64,000 bases of DNA from an uncultured Actinomycetota bacterium (GTDB lineage Bacteria > Actinomycetota > Actinomycetes > Mycobacteriales > CADCTP01): assembly GCA_963714145.1 (NCBI GenBank), contig OY970235.1:6737722-6801721 (forward strand), written 5' to 3'. Shown here piece by piece: positions 21,723 to 29,314 of this stretch. Under the pieces are notes generated by a model. That model saw only the letters and a program-made list of their open reading frames with translations. It did not search any database and was not told the DNA's origin. The translations under genes and the position numbers were made by a program. Numbering within the stretch: the first letter of the stretch is position 1; every line of letters begins with the position of its first letter.

Positions 21723-22930
21723 GCTGCGGCCTGGCCGGGACGGCGCGGCCGGCGGCCACCGGCACGCAGCCCGGACCGGATGGTGCTGGCCGCCTCGGCC
21801 TGGCCCAGCCCGATCCCGACGGCAGCCTGTTCCAGCTCGGCCGTGACGAGGTCGGCGGGCAGAGCGCCACCGGCGACGAGCTGGCCGAGGGCTACCGCGG
21901 CGGTGAACAGGATGCGGTTGCGGCGTCCCTCCGGCGCGGCGGCGACCACGGCGACCTCGCGGGCGACTGCGGCCCGCAGGTACGCGGGCAGCCGGCCGGC
22001 CGCCGGAGCGGGCGCCGCGGGCCGGGGTCGCGCAGCCGGTGCGGTGAGGCGGCCGGCGAGCCAGTCGGGCAGTGGCGCGGCTGGCTGGTCGAGCGCGACC
22101 GTGTACGGACGTCCGTCCACTGTGGAGCCGGAGCCCACGACGTAGCCGCCGTGGCCGCGGGTGTCGACCAGCCAGCCGAGCGCGCCCGCCGTGTTGCCCA
22201 GTCGCGTGCCGGCCGGGGCGGTGAAGTACAGGTGGGTTCCGCCCCGTCCGGTGTGGACGGTGTGGGTGGCGGCCGGGAACGGCTGCCCGGCCTGCTCGGC
22301 AAGGGCCGCGAGGACGTCGGAGCCGTCGTGCACTCCGTCGAGTCGCCACGGCTCCGGCGGGCCGTCATCGGTCTTCGGCTGGTCGAGGTCGACCACGAGC
22401 AGGCCGGACGGTCCACATGCGACTCCGATGCCGTAGCGGCGGGTCGACCAGGCACGGCGGATGCGGTCGCGGTCAGTGGTGGCGCGTGGTTCCCAGCCGG
22501 TGTGACCGTCCCGGCACCAGGGATCGGCGCGGGTGCAGCGGTCGGCGGTGTGGTCGGGGAACGCGGGCCGCTTCGCGTCGGGCCGCAGCGGGAATACGCG
22601 CCAGCCGCGGCCGGCGGCGGCGAGCGCGGCGGCCAGGGCCGGCGCGGTGTGCGGAATGTCGGCTGGCGCGTGCCGGCCAGCCGGCGGCGGCCCGGCCTCG
22701 ACCAGGCCGGCCGCCGTCCAGCCGGCGAGGAAGGCGAGTGCCCCGCCGCGGGTGATCCGCGCGGCTTCGGCGAGGCTGGCGGCGGTGACCGGGCCGCCGT
22801 CGAGGTCGACCAGCGCTCGCCAGGCGCGGTCACGAAGGACGCTCGCGTCACGCTGGGTGTTCGGCGTCGAGGGTCGGTTAGCGGTGCCGGGGCGGGGGGT
22901 CATGACGCCTCCTGAGCCTGTTTCGGGCAT
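21719..22930 (-). CDS. bifunctional DNA primase/polymerase (Prim-Pol), AICE replication protein
   Basis: RGWRVFPLRPDAKRPAF...YGIGVACGPSGLLVVDLD...GGTHLYF...VDTRGHGGYVVGSGS matches the archaeo-eukaryotic primase-like prim-pol N-terminal domain. The start could be 22930 or the GTG at 22903. Confidence 0.8.
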   Translation of the reverse strand: MPETGSGGVMTPRPGTANRPSTPNTQRDASVLRDRAWRALVDLDGGPVTAASLAEAARITRGGALAFLAGWTAAGLVEAGPPPAGRHAPADIPHTAPALAAALAAAGRGWRVFPLRPDAKRPAFPDHTADRCTRADPWCRDGHTGWEPRATTDRDRIRRAWSTRRYGIGVACGPSGLLVVDLDQPKTDDGPPEPWRLDGVHDGSDVLAALAEQAGQPFPAATHTVHTGRGGTHLYFTAPAGTRLGNTAGALGWLVDTRGHGGYVVGSGSTVDGRPYTVALDQPAAPLPDWLAGRLTAPAARPRPAAPAPAAGRLPAYLRAAVAREVAVVAAAPEGRRNRILFTAAVALGQLVAGGALPADLVTAELEQAAVGIGLGQAEAASTIRSGLRAGGRRPRRPGQAAA

Positions 22931-22942
22931 GGGTCAGGTAGG

Positions 22943-23031
22943 GGCGCTAGCGCGCTAGCGTCCTGGCCAGTCGGGTTGTTGAGGGCTAGCGGGGGCGCTA
23001 GGTCTAGCGGGGGCAGGGGCTAGACCTAGCG
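22943..23031. repeat. cluster of CTAG-centred repeats (GCTAGCG x3, GCTAGGTCTAGC / GCTAGACCTAGC inverted pair)
   Basis: Read directly in the 111-bp gap between the tra stop (23042) and the prim-pol start (22930). Confidence 0.8.
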
Positions 23032-23041
23032 GCGCCCGCGG

Positions 23042-25204
23042 TCAGCCGGCGCGCCTGCGGCGGTCACGTTCGGCGACGGCGGCGGCGACGTCCTCGCGGT
23101 GGATGCCCTTGCGGTTGGCGCCCTTGCCGGTGGTCGGGTCGGTGCCCCAGACCTGCCGGCCGGTGGTGACGGCGTGCGGGCGCAGCGCGGCGGCGAGCTG
23201 TTCGGGGCGCCAGCCGAGGTAGACGACCGGGCGCAGCTCGGCGAGCCGTTCGACCACGGTCTCCGACCAGATCTTGCCCTCGGTCACCGGGACCACGGTC
23301 AGGATGTCGTCCAGCAGCGAGGCCGCGGCGAGGTCGGCGGCCTGCTCCGGCTCCTGGCCGAGCGCGTGCCCGGACAGCGTGCCGGCCTGCTCCCGCATGA
23401 CTCGGGCGCGGGCGATGACGCGCTCGGCGGCCGGGCCGTCGATGTAGTAGGAGCGGGTGATCCGCGGGTCGTCGCCTTCCCCGGCGAGGTAGCCGATGCC
23501 GAGGTCCTTGCGGCTGAACGTGGTCGCGCGGATGCCGTTCTTGTAGGCCGAGGTGCCGAGCACCATGTCGTTGGAGAGCTGGCCCATGACCTTGAGGCAG
23601 AACCGGAGGACGGCGTTGTCGGAGATGCCGGTCGGCAGTGACTTCGCGTCCGGCCGCTGGGTGGCGAACATCGGGATGATGCCGGCGGCCGGGCCGCGCC
23701 GGACGAGGTCTTCGGCGATGGCGACCAGCTCGTCCCCGTAGGTCGGGTGCTCGAACCAGCGCTGGCACTCGTCCACCACGATGACGATCGGGTGCAGCCG
23801 GTACGCCTTCATGCCGGCCAGCTCTGGCGTGATCTTGTTCTCCGGGCAGAGGTGGCGCGGTAGGCCGCGGATCACCTTTGCCCGTCGGCGTAGTTCGGCT
23901 TGCAGCTCGCGCATGTCGGCGAGCGCGTAGGCGATGTCCTCGTCCTCGTCGCCGGACCGGTAGCGGTGCGACACCGGCTCCAATGTGGACAGGTCGCCGG
24001 TGCCTTTCAGCTCGTACGGGTGCAGCTCGGCGCGCGGGTCGAGCGCGGCGGCCAGCAGCGCGAGCCGGACGGCGAACGTCTTGCCCATCCGCGGGACCGA
24101 GCCGAACACCATCGAGGCGAACATCAACAGCAGCGTCACCGGCCGGCCACGCTGGTCGGTGCCGAACGGGATCGGCTGGAACAGGTCGGTGCGGCCCGCC
24201 TTGAGCAGCGGCCAGGCCGGCTGCTTGGTCTGCGCCATGTCCCGGTCACCCACCCACAGGACCAGCCGACCCGCGTGCGCCTCGGTCACCGGCTCCGGCC
24301 ACACGCAGCCCAGCGGACGGCGTAGCCCGGATGCGAGCTTCTCCCGCCGCTCGGCGACATCGCCAACCGTTACCCCGTAAGGGAGATCGACCTCGGCGCG
24401 CCATCCGGGGCCGTCGCGGGTGATCGGCGACGGGAACGTGATCCCGCCTCCGCCCTTGGCAAGCGCCTGGTTGATGCCAGCCAGGCCGAGCGAGCCCAGC
24501 GCCCGGACCACCACGTCGGCGGTCAGCCTCGGCGGTGCCGTGGTGACGACGGCCGGGCCGATCAGCGGCCGGTCCTGCCGCCGGCCGGCAGCGCCCAACA
24601 GCGCGACCGTGCCGGCGACGACGGCGGCATTGAGCCATCCGGGCGCGAGCGTCCACAGCGTGAGCGCGGTCGTCGTGGCGACGAGCAGTCCAAAGAGGAC
24701 TGTTCCAATCCGGGTCCGCACGCGCTCGTCCCGACGGCGCAGCAGGGCCATGTAGTCGCGCGGTTCGCCGCGCCAGGCCGAGTCACGGCGCAGCCCGGCC
24801 GACTCCGCGTCGACAGTCCACCGGGCCAGCGCGACGGTTGCTCGGCCGAGGCCGCGCGGCGACTGCCCGGCGAGCTGGGCGCAGTACAGCGGTACCCGTA
24901 CCGCGTGGAACGCCATGGTGTGCCCGGCCCGGTTGGCTGCCCACCGGGCCGCGGCCTTCCGGGTGGCGCGGTCGGTCAGCCACTGCGGCAGCACTGGCCG
25001 GCGCTCGGTCGGTCGCTCCCAGGCCGGCCCGAGGGTCGATGCCGGCAGCGGTTCGGGGTCGACCGGGACGGGCGGGGCGTCCTCGTCGCCCGGGTTGTCG
25101 ACGTCAGCCGGTTCTGCGGCCGGGCGGAAGCGGAGCACGTCGGCCGGCTCCTGGTCGGGCTGGTCGGCGCCGTCGTCATCGACCGGCATCGGGTTCTCGG
25201 TCAT
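23042..25204 (-). CDS. FtsK/SpoIIIE-family conjugal DNA translocase (TraSA/TraB-like)
   Basis: 720 aa. N-terminal TM helices, Walker A GSVPRMGKTF, Walker B IVIVVDECQ. It is the only large transfer ATPase in the element, as in Streptomyces-type dsDNA transfer. Confidence 0.88.
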   Translation of the reverse strand: MTENPMPVDDDGADQPDQEPADVLRFRPAAEPADVDNPGDEDAPPVPVDPEPLPASTLGPAWERPTERRPVLPQWLTDRATRKAAARWAANRAGHTMAFHAVRVPLYCAQLAGQSPRGLGRATVALARWTVDAESAGLRRDSAWRGEPRDYMALLRRRDERVRTRIGTVLFGLLVATTTALTLWTLAPGWLNAAVVAGTVALLGAAGRRQDRPLIGPAVVTTAPPRLTADVVVRALGSLGLAGINQALAKGGGGITFPSPITRDGPGWRAEVDLPYGVTVGDVAERREKLASGLRRPLGCVWPEPVTEAHAGRLVLWVGDRDMAQTKQPAWPLLKAGRTDLFQPIPFGTDQRGRPVTLLLMFASMVFGSVPRMGKTFAVRLALLAAALDPRAELHPYELKGTGDLSTLEPVSHRYRSGDEDEDIAYALADMRELQAELRRRAKVIRGLPRHLCPENKITPELAGMKAYRLHPIVIVVDECQRWFEHPTYGDELVAIAEDLVRRGPAAGIIPMFATQRPDAKSLPTGISDNAVLRFCLKVMGQLSNDMVLGTSAYKNGIRATTFSRKDLGIGYLAGEGDDPRITRSYYIDGPAAERVIARARVMREQAGTLSGHALGQEPEQAADLAAASLLDDILTVVPVTEGKIWSETVVERLAELRPVVYLGWRPEQLAAALRPHAVTTGRQVWGTDPTTGKGANRKGIHREDVAAAVAERDRRRRAG

Positions 25205-25222
25205 CGTTGGTCTCCTTCCGGG

Positions 25223-26023
25223 TCAGGCGGCGACCGGAGCCGGCTCGGCCGGCTGGTCCTGGTCGGTGGTCGGGGCGGTGCGGAGCAGGCCGGCGGCGGC
25301 GAGCAGTCGGCGGGCGCGGTCCGGGCCGCAGCGGGCAGCGGCGGTCGCGCGGCGGATCGGCACCGTGCCGTCCGGCTCCCGCGGCAGCGCTGCCAGTACG
25401 GCGGTCAGCTCGGCATCGGTACGGCCGGCGGTACGGGTACCGGTACGGCCTGGCCGGCGGGTACCGGTACGGCCGGCGGTACGCGGTCGGCGGGGCGTCG
25501 CCGGTGCGGTCCGCTCCCCCGGTTCGGCCGGCTCCGCGGGCGGCTCGACGACAGCCTCGACCGCGGCGGCGAGCGCGGCCCGGGCGGCCGAGGCGATCAG
25601 CGCGCCGGAGGCCATGACCATGAGCCCGTCGACCGCCAGCGGGCCGATGACTGCGGTGAGCGGGTCTTCCCGGTAGTGGGTCAGCAGGCCGGACAGGTGC
25701 CGGTACGACACCACGGCGGCGACCAGCGCGACGGGCAGCAGCCCGACGTACCGCAGCGCCACCCACCGGCGGCCGGCCGGCCACGCGGTCCGGGCGACGA
25801 TCTCGACCACCACGAACAGCGCCACCGGCCAGAACACGGCACCGATCACGGCTCCCGGCTCCGGCGCCCAGCCAGCGGCGGCCGGCGGCAGTCCGGCCGG
25901 CGGCACGAAGGAGTGCGCCACGTTGGCTGCGATCGACACGGCTCCGCCGAGGCCGGCACCGGCGTACGCCCAGCCGCGGCCCCGGCCGGCTCGGCTCGTC
26001 GTCGCCCTGGTCGTCGTGCTCAT
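25223..26023 (-). CDS. DUF2637/SpdA-like membrane protein (spread function candidate)
   Basis: ATG at 26023 (MSTTTRATTSRAG...) makes an ATGA overlap with the upstream stop. Four hydrophobic helices, then a Pro/Thr/Arg-rich tandemly repeated linker (RTAGRTGTRRPGRTGTRTAGRT). Confidence 0.6.
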   Translation of the reverse strand: MSTTTRATTSRAGRGRGWAYAGAGLGGAVSIAANVAHSFVPPAGLPPAAAGWAPEPGAVIGAVFWPVALFVVVEIVARTAWPAGRRWVALRYVGLLPVALVAAVVSYRHLSGLLTHYREDPLTAVIGPLAVDGLMVMASGALIASAARAALAAAVEAVVEPPAEPAEPGERTAPATPRRPRTAGRTGTRRPGRTGTRTAGRTDAELTAVLAALPREPDGTVPIRRATAAARCGPDRARRLLAAAGLLRTAPTTDQDQPAEPAPVAA

Positions 26024-26436
26024 GCCGCATCTCCGATCTGGTCGGGCGCGCCGGGTTCGTCGGCGCAGTCGAGGCACTCGCCGAGCGAGCGCGGGATCAC
26101 GTAGCTGGCGACCCGCCCGCAGGTCGGGCAGGTGCGGCGAGCCGAATCGGCCTTCGCCAACGCGATGAGCTGGGCCACGGTCGGCTCGCGGCGGGGCGCG
26201 GCCAGCTCGACCCGGTACAGCAGCGCGAACCGGGTCCGGGACTGCCGCCGCGGTGAGTACCGGCGCGACGTCCAGCAGACCTGCCCAGCCGCCGGCTGCC
26301 CGGCGGGCCGCAGACCTGCGGCAGCGAGCTGGCGACGGGTCATCAACCCGTCCGGCGCCATCCGCCAGGGCCACGTTGGCAGCCCGCCATGCCGGGTGCC
26401 CTCCGGGTCGTGGTGCGCCCGGTAACCGCGGCTCAC
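26020..26436 (-). CDS. RRQRL-motif-like zinc-ribbon protein common in AICEs
   Basis: GTG at 26436 makes a GTGA overlap. GLPTWPWRMAPDGLMTRRQLAAAGLRPAGQ... followed by CPTCG..(x19)..CLDC. Family name recalled from memory. Confidence 0.55.
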   Translation of the reverse strand: MSRGYRAHHDPEGTRHGGLPTWPWRMAPDGLMTRRQLAAAGLRPAGQPAAGQVCWTSRRYSPRRQSRTRFALLYRVELAAPRREPTVAQLIALAKADSARRTCPTCGRVASYVIPRSLGECLDCADEPGAPDQIGDAA

Positions 26437-26966
26437 CGCTGGCCCCCGACCGCCGGCAGGACCGCCCGGACGAGCGCGCGGACGGCGGCGTCGCGGGTGT
26501 GGAAGCCGTCGCCGTGCCCGGCGGCATCGCCCCACGTTCCCCACCGGAATCGGAGCGCGCCACGGTCGGTCCAGGTCCGTTCGACCAGGCCGAGCACGTT
26601 GCCGTCCCGGTCGGTGGCGAGCCATTGGTAGGCGTCCTCGGCCCGCCCATACAGCCACGCTTCGACGTGCACCAGCGTCCGGCCGACCCGCTCGGGCGGT
26701 ACCGAGGCCGGGTACCTGCGGGTGCCCGAGGTCGAGACGGCCAGGGCCGGCCGGTGCTCGGCCGGGACGTCGCGGGCGGTGTCGTAGCCGTGCGCGCCGG
26801 GGTCGTCGGTGGCCGGCGTCCACGCGGCCAGCTCGATGACCTGCCGGCAGGTCCAGCAGATCAGCTCGACCCGGCGGGGCCGCTGGTCGGCGAACACCGG
26901 CTGGTCGATCAGCGCCGACCAGCCCCGGCACGCAGCGTCGCGATGCTCGACGAGAGTCAGGCTCAT
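26433..26966 (-). CDS. hypothetical protein
   Basis: 177 aa. ATG at 26966 makes an ATGA overlap with the GGDEF gene stop. No motif recognised. Confidence 0.5.
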   Translation of the reverse strand: MSLTLVEHRDAACRGWSALIDQPVFADQRPRRVELICWTCRQVIELAAWTPATDDPGAHGYDTARDVPAEHRPALAVSTSGTRRYPASVPPERVGRTLVHVEAWLYGRAEDAYQWLATDRDGNVLGLVERTWTDRGALRFRWGTWGDAAGHGDGFHTRDAAVRALVRAVLPAVGGQR

Positions 26967-27688
26967 GCCGCACCGCCGACCCGGCGAGCGCCGGCCACCG
27001 GCGCTACTGCGGTGTCGCGCAGCCGGCCGGCGGGGCGCCGTGGCGGCGGGACCTGCGCCGGCTCCTGGTCGAGGTCGGGCGCGACCCGCAGCCCGCCCCC
27101 GCCGCCCTTGGCCGCGTACATCGCCACATCCGCGGCGGCCAGTGCGGCAGCCAACCCGGCCGCCGGCACGACAGCAGCGCACGGCACCGTCGCGGCACCG
27201 ACGGACGCGCCGACCGCCAACTCGACCCCACCGACCACGTACGGGGCGGCCAGGGCCGCGCTCACCCGCTCGGCGACGGCCAGCGCCGCAGCTACGGCGG
27301 CGTCCGGGTCGGCCGGCAGCCCGGGCAGCAGGACGACGAACTCGTCCCCACCGAGCCGGGCGACCGTCACCCCCGGCCGGCCGGCTGCCGACAGCCGCCG
27401 GCCTACGGCGGACAACACCTCGTCGCCCGCGGCGTGCCCGTAGCGGTCGTTGACCGGCTTGAACCGGTCCAGGTCGACCAGCAGCACGCCCACGCGGCCG
27501 GCCCGGCCGGGGCCGAACACCTCGTCCGCCGCGGCGGACAGCCCGACCCGGTTGGCCACCCCGGTCAGCGCATCCGTACGCGCGGCCCGGCCGGCGGCAG
27601 CCGCGCGCCGGACAACCGGCCACCGGCCAGCCACCCAGCCCAGCACCGGACCAGCAGCCACAGCCGCGTACGCGGCGACGGCCGTCAT
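26963..27688 (-). CDS. GGDEF-domain diguanylate cyclase (one N-terminal hydrophobic helix, no sensor domain)
   Basis: TDALTGVANR, LLVDLDRFKPVNDRYGHAAGDEVL, ARLGGDEFVVLL, ADVAMYAAK. The metal and substrate motifs are intact. No RxxD I-site was seen upstream of GGDEF. Confidence 0.88.
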   Translation of the reverse strand: MTAVAAYAAVAAGPVLGWVAGRWPVVRRAAAAGRAARTDALTGVANRVGLSAAADEVFGPGRAGRVGVLLVDLDRFKPVNDRYGHAAGDEVLSAVGRRLSAAGRPGVTVARLGGDEFVVLLPGLPADPDAAVAAALAVAERVSAALAAPYVVGGVELAVGASVGAATVPCAAVVPAAGLAAALAAADVAMYAAKGGGGGLRVAPDLDQEPAQVPPPRRPAGRLRDTAVAPVAGARRVGGAA

Positions 27689-27996
27689 GCCGCACCGCCC
27701 AACGTCTGCCCGCCGGCCGGGTCGCCGACGGTGAATGTCGGGCGCGGGTCCGGGTCGGGCGACACGAGCGCAGTGGGCCGGCCGCCGTGCATCAGGTCGT
27801 CATGGGTGCCGGCGAGCTGGCCGGCCTCGGCCGGCGGGAACGGGCCGGCGTGCAGCTCGCAGGCCGGGCAGTCGAGCACCACGAGCCGCGCCGGCCGCAG
27901 CGCCGGGCGGGGCATCACGTAGCCGGCGGCGAACCGGGGCGCCGGGTCGGCGCGTCGGGTCTGGGCGGGTGGTGGCGTGCGGAAGCGGGCAGCCAT
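27685..27996 (-). CDS. hypothetical protein
   Basis: ATG at 27996 (MAARFRTPPP...) with AAGGAAAGG upstream. Its stop overlaps the GGDEF start (ATGA). Contains a CPAC pair. Confidence 0.45.
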   Translation of the reverse strand: MAARFRTPPPAQTRRADPAPRFAAGYVMPRPALRPARLVVLDCPACELHAGPFPPAEAGQLAGTHDDLMHGGRPTALVSPDPDPRPTFTVGDPAGGQTLGGAA

Positions 27997-28104
27997 GATG
28001 GGCGCGCCTTTCCTTGGTGGGAGCCAGGAGGGGTGTTGTCGGGCCGCCCGTGTCTTCAGCACGGGCGGCCCCCAAGCGGAGGGCCGGAGCGCGGTCGCGG
28101 CGGC

Positions 28105-28320
28105 TCAGTTGCTGGCCTGCTGGAGCAGGCTGACCACGAGGTCGGTGACCCAACTGATCAGCGCGACGAGCATCCCGGCGACCTTCGCCATCGCGGCCTT
28201 CCAGGACTCCGGGTCGTTCCGCGCCCACATGACGAGGCCGACCAGGACGCCGAACAGGACCACGACCTTGATGGCGCCGGTCAGCGCGTGCACCGCGCCG
28301 CCGACCATCTTTTCGATCAT
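28105..28320 (-). CDS. small two-TM membrane protein
   Basis: 71 aa with two clear hydrophobic helices. Confidence 0.5.
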   Translation of the reverse strand: MIEKMVGGAVHALTGAIKVVVLFGVLVGLVMWARNDPESWKAAMAKVAGMLVALISWVTDLVVSLLQQASN

Positions 28321-28398
28321 GAAAGTGCCTTCCTCGCGGCCAGGCTCGTCCCGGCCCGCGGCGCCACCTCCGGACCTCCCCGGCGATGACGCGGCGGG

Positions 28399-28704
28399 TC
28401 AGGCCGCCGGCCGCTCGCGGTCCGCCCGCCGCGCCGACCGGCGCTCCTCGGCGCTGAGCCCACCGACCACGCCATGCGTGAGCAGCGGCCCGAACGTCGC
28501 CAGGCACAGCGCCGTCACCGGGCACGCCGCACAGACCGCCTTCGCCACGTCCGGCGACTGGCCCTTCTCCGGGAAGAACACCTCGGGGTCGACCTGCGAG
28601 CACAACGCCGACTCCCACACCTGCCGCACCGCGTCCGCATGCGTGCGGACCGCCGGGAACAGCGCCGCCGCGGCGGCCACCGCCCGTCCGTTCACTGCCG
28701 TCAT
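28399..28704 (-). CDS. WhiB-family transcriptional regulator
   Basis: C-x(n)-C-x2-C-x5-C cysteine pattern (ALCSQVDPEVFFPEKG...AKAVCAACPVTALCL) followed by GVVGG and a basic tail. Confidence 0.85.
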   Translation of the reverse strand: MTAVNGRAVAAAAALFPAVRTHADAVRQVWESALCSQVDPEVFFPEKGQSPDVAKAVCAACPVTALCLATFGPLLTHGVVGGLSAEERRSARRADRERPAA

Positions 28705-28725
28705 GACTCGACCCTTCGTCCCGTT

Positions 28726-28797
28726 GATCTAGATTGACCTAGGCTAACCTAGGTCAATCTAGATCACAATGATGCCGATGCCGATGACCTAGGTCAT
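28726..28797. promoter_or_regulatory. operator-like palindromes in the divergent whiB / gntR intergenic region
   Basis: Perfect 18-4-18 palindrome GATCTAGATTGACCTAGG-ctaa-CCTAGGTCAATCTAGATC at 28726-28765. A second site, ATGACCTAGGTCAT at 28784-28797, shares the core TGACCTAGGTCA. Confidence 0.7.
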
Positions 28798-28810
28798 CTA
28801 CTGTTCAGAG

Positions 28811-29182
28811 GTGGCCGTGACCCCCAACGACCCCCGACCGCCCTACCTCCAGGTCGCCGACGACCTGCGGGCCGCCATCACATCCGGCCGGTACGCGCCG
28901 GGCGAGCGGCTGCCCTCCGGCCGGGACCTCGCCCGCGAGTACGGCGTCGCCCTGATGACGATGCAGCGCGCGCTGAGCGCCCTGGCCGAGGAGGGCCACG
29001 TCGCGCTCTACAAGAGCCGCGGCGCCTTCGTCCGCTCGGCCGAGCCCGGCGACGGCGCCGAGACTCGGCCGACCCTCGCCGGCCTGGCCCGGGAGGTAAG
29101 CGACCTCCGCGCGACCGTCCAGGCTCTCGAAGGGCGGCTCGACCAGCTCGAACGACCCAAGCGCGGCCGGTCCGGTGCCTGA
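28811..29182 (+). CDS. GntR-family transcriptional regulator (KorSA-like)
   Basis: PPYLQVADDLRAAITSGRYAPGERLPSGRDLAREYGVALMTMQRALSALAEEGHV is a GntR wHTH. Short coiled C-terminal tail. Confidence 0.85.
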   Translation: MAVTPNDPRPPYLQVADDLRAAITSGRYAPGERLPSGRDLAREYGVALMTMQRALSALAEEGHVALYKSRGAFVRSAEPGDGAETRPTLAGLAREVSDLRATVQALEGRLDQLERPKRGRSGA

Positions 29183-29314
29183 CTGCCCGATCATGTCGTT
29201 CCGCCTCCCTGTCCCGGCTGCTGTGCTGGGAGCCAGTGAAGTCGGGATCGGGGCCGTCCGTGATGACCTGGCAGTGCACCCGCAGTGCACTCGGCTCGCG
29301 GAGGGGAGGCAGCC

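Noticed and set aside
20145-22349. The 734-aa reading of the DUF3987 gene, and likewise the 475-aa (25223-26650), 317-aa (26020-26973) and 420-aa (26433-27695) track ORFs in the AICE.
   Set aside because: Their N-terminal extensions overlap the upstream genes in another frame and are Arg/Pro/Gly-rich. Internal starts that create ATGA or GTGA stop-start overlaps give proteins beginning where the recognisable sequence begins.
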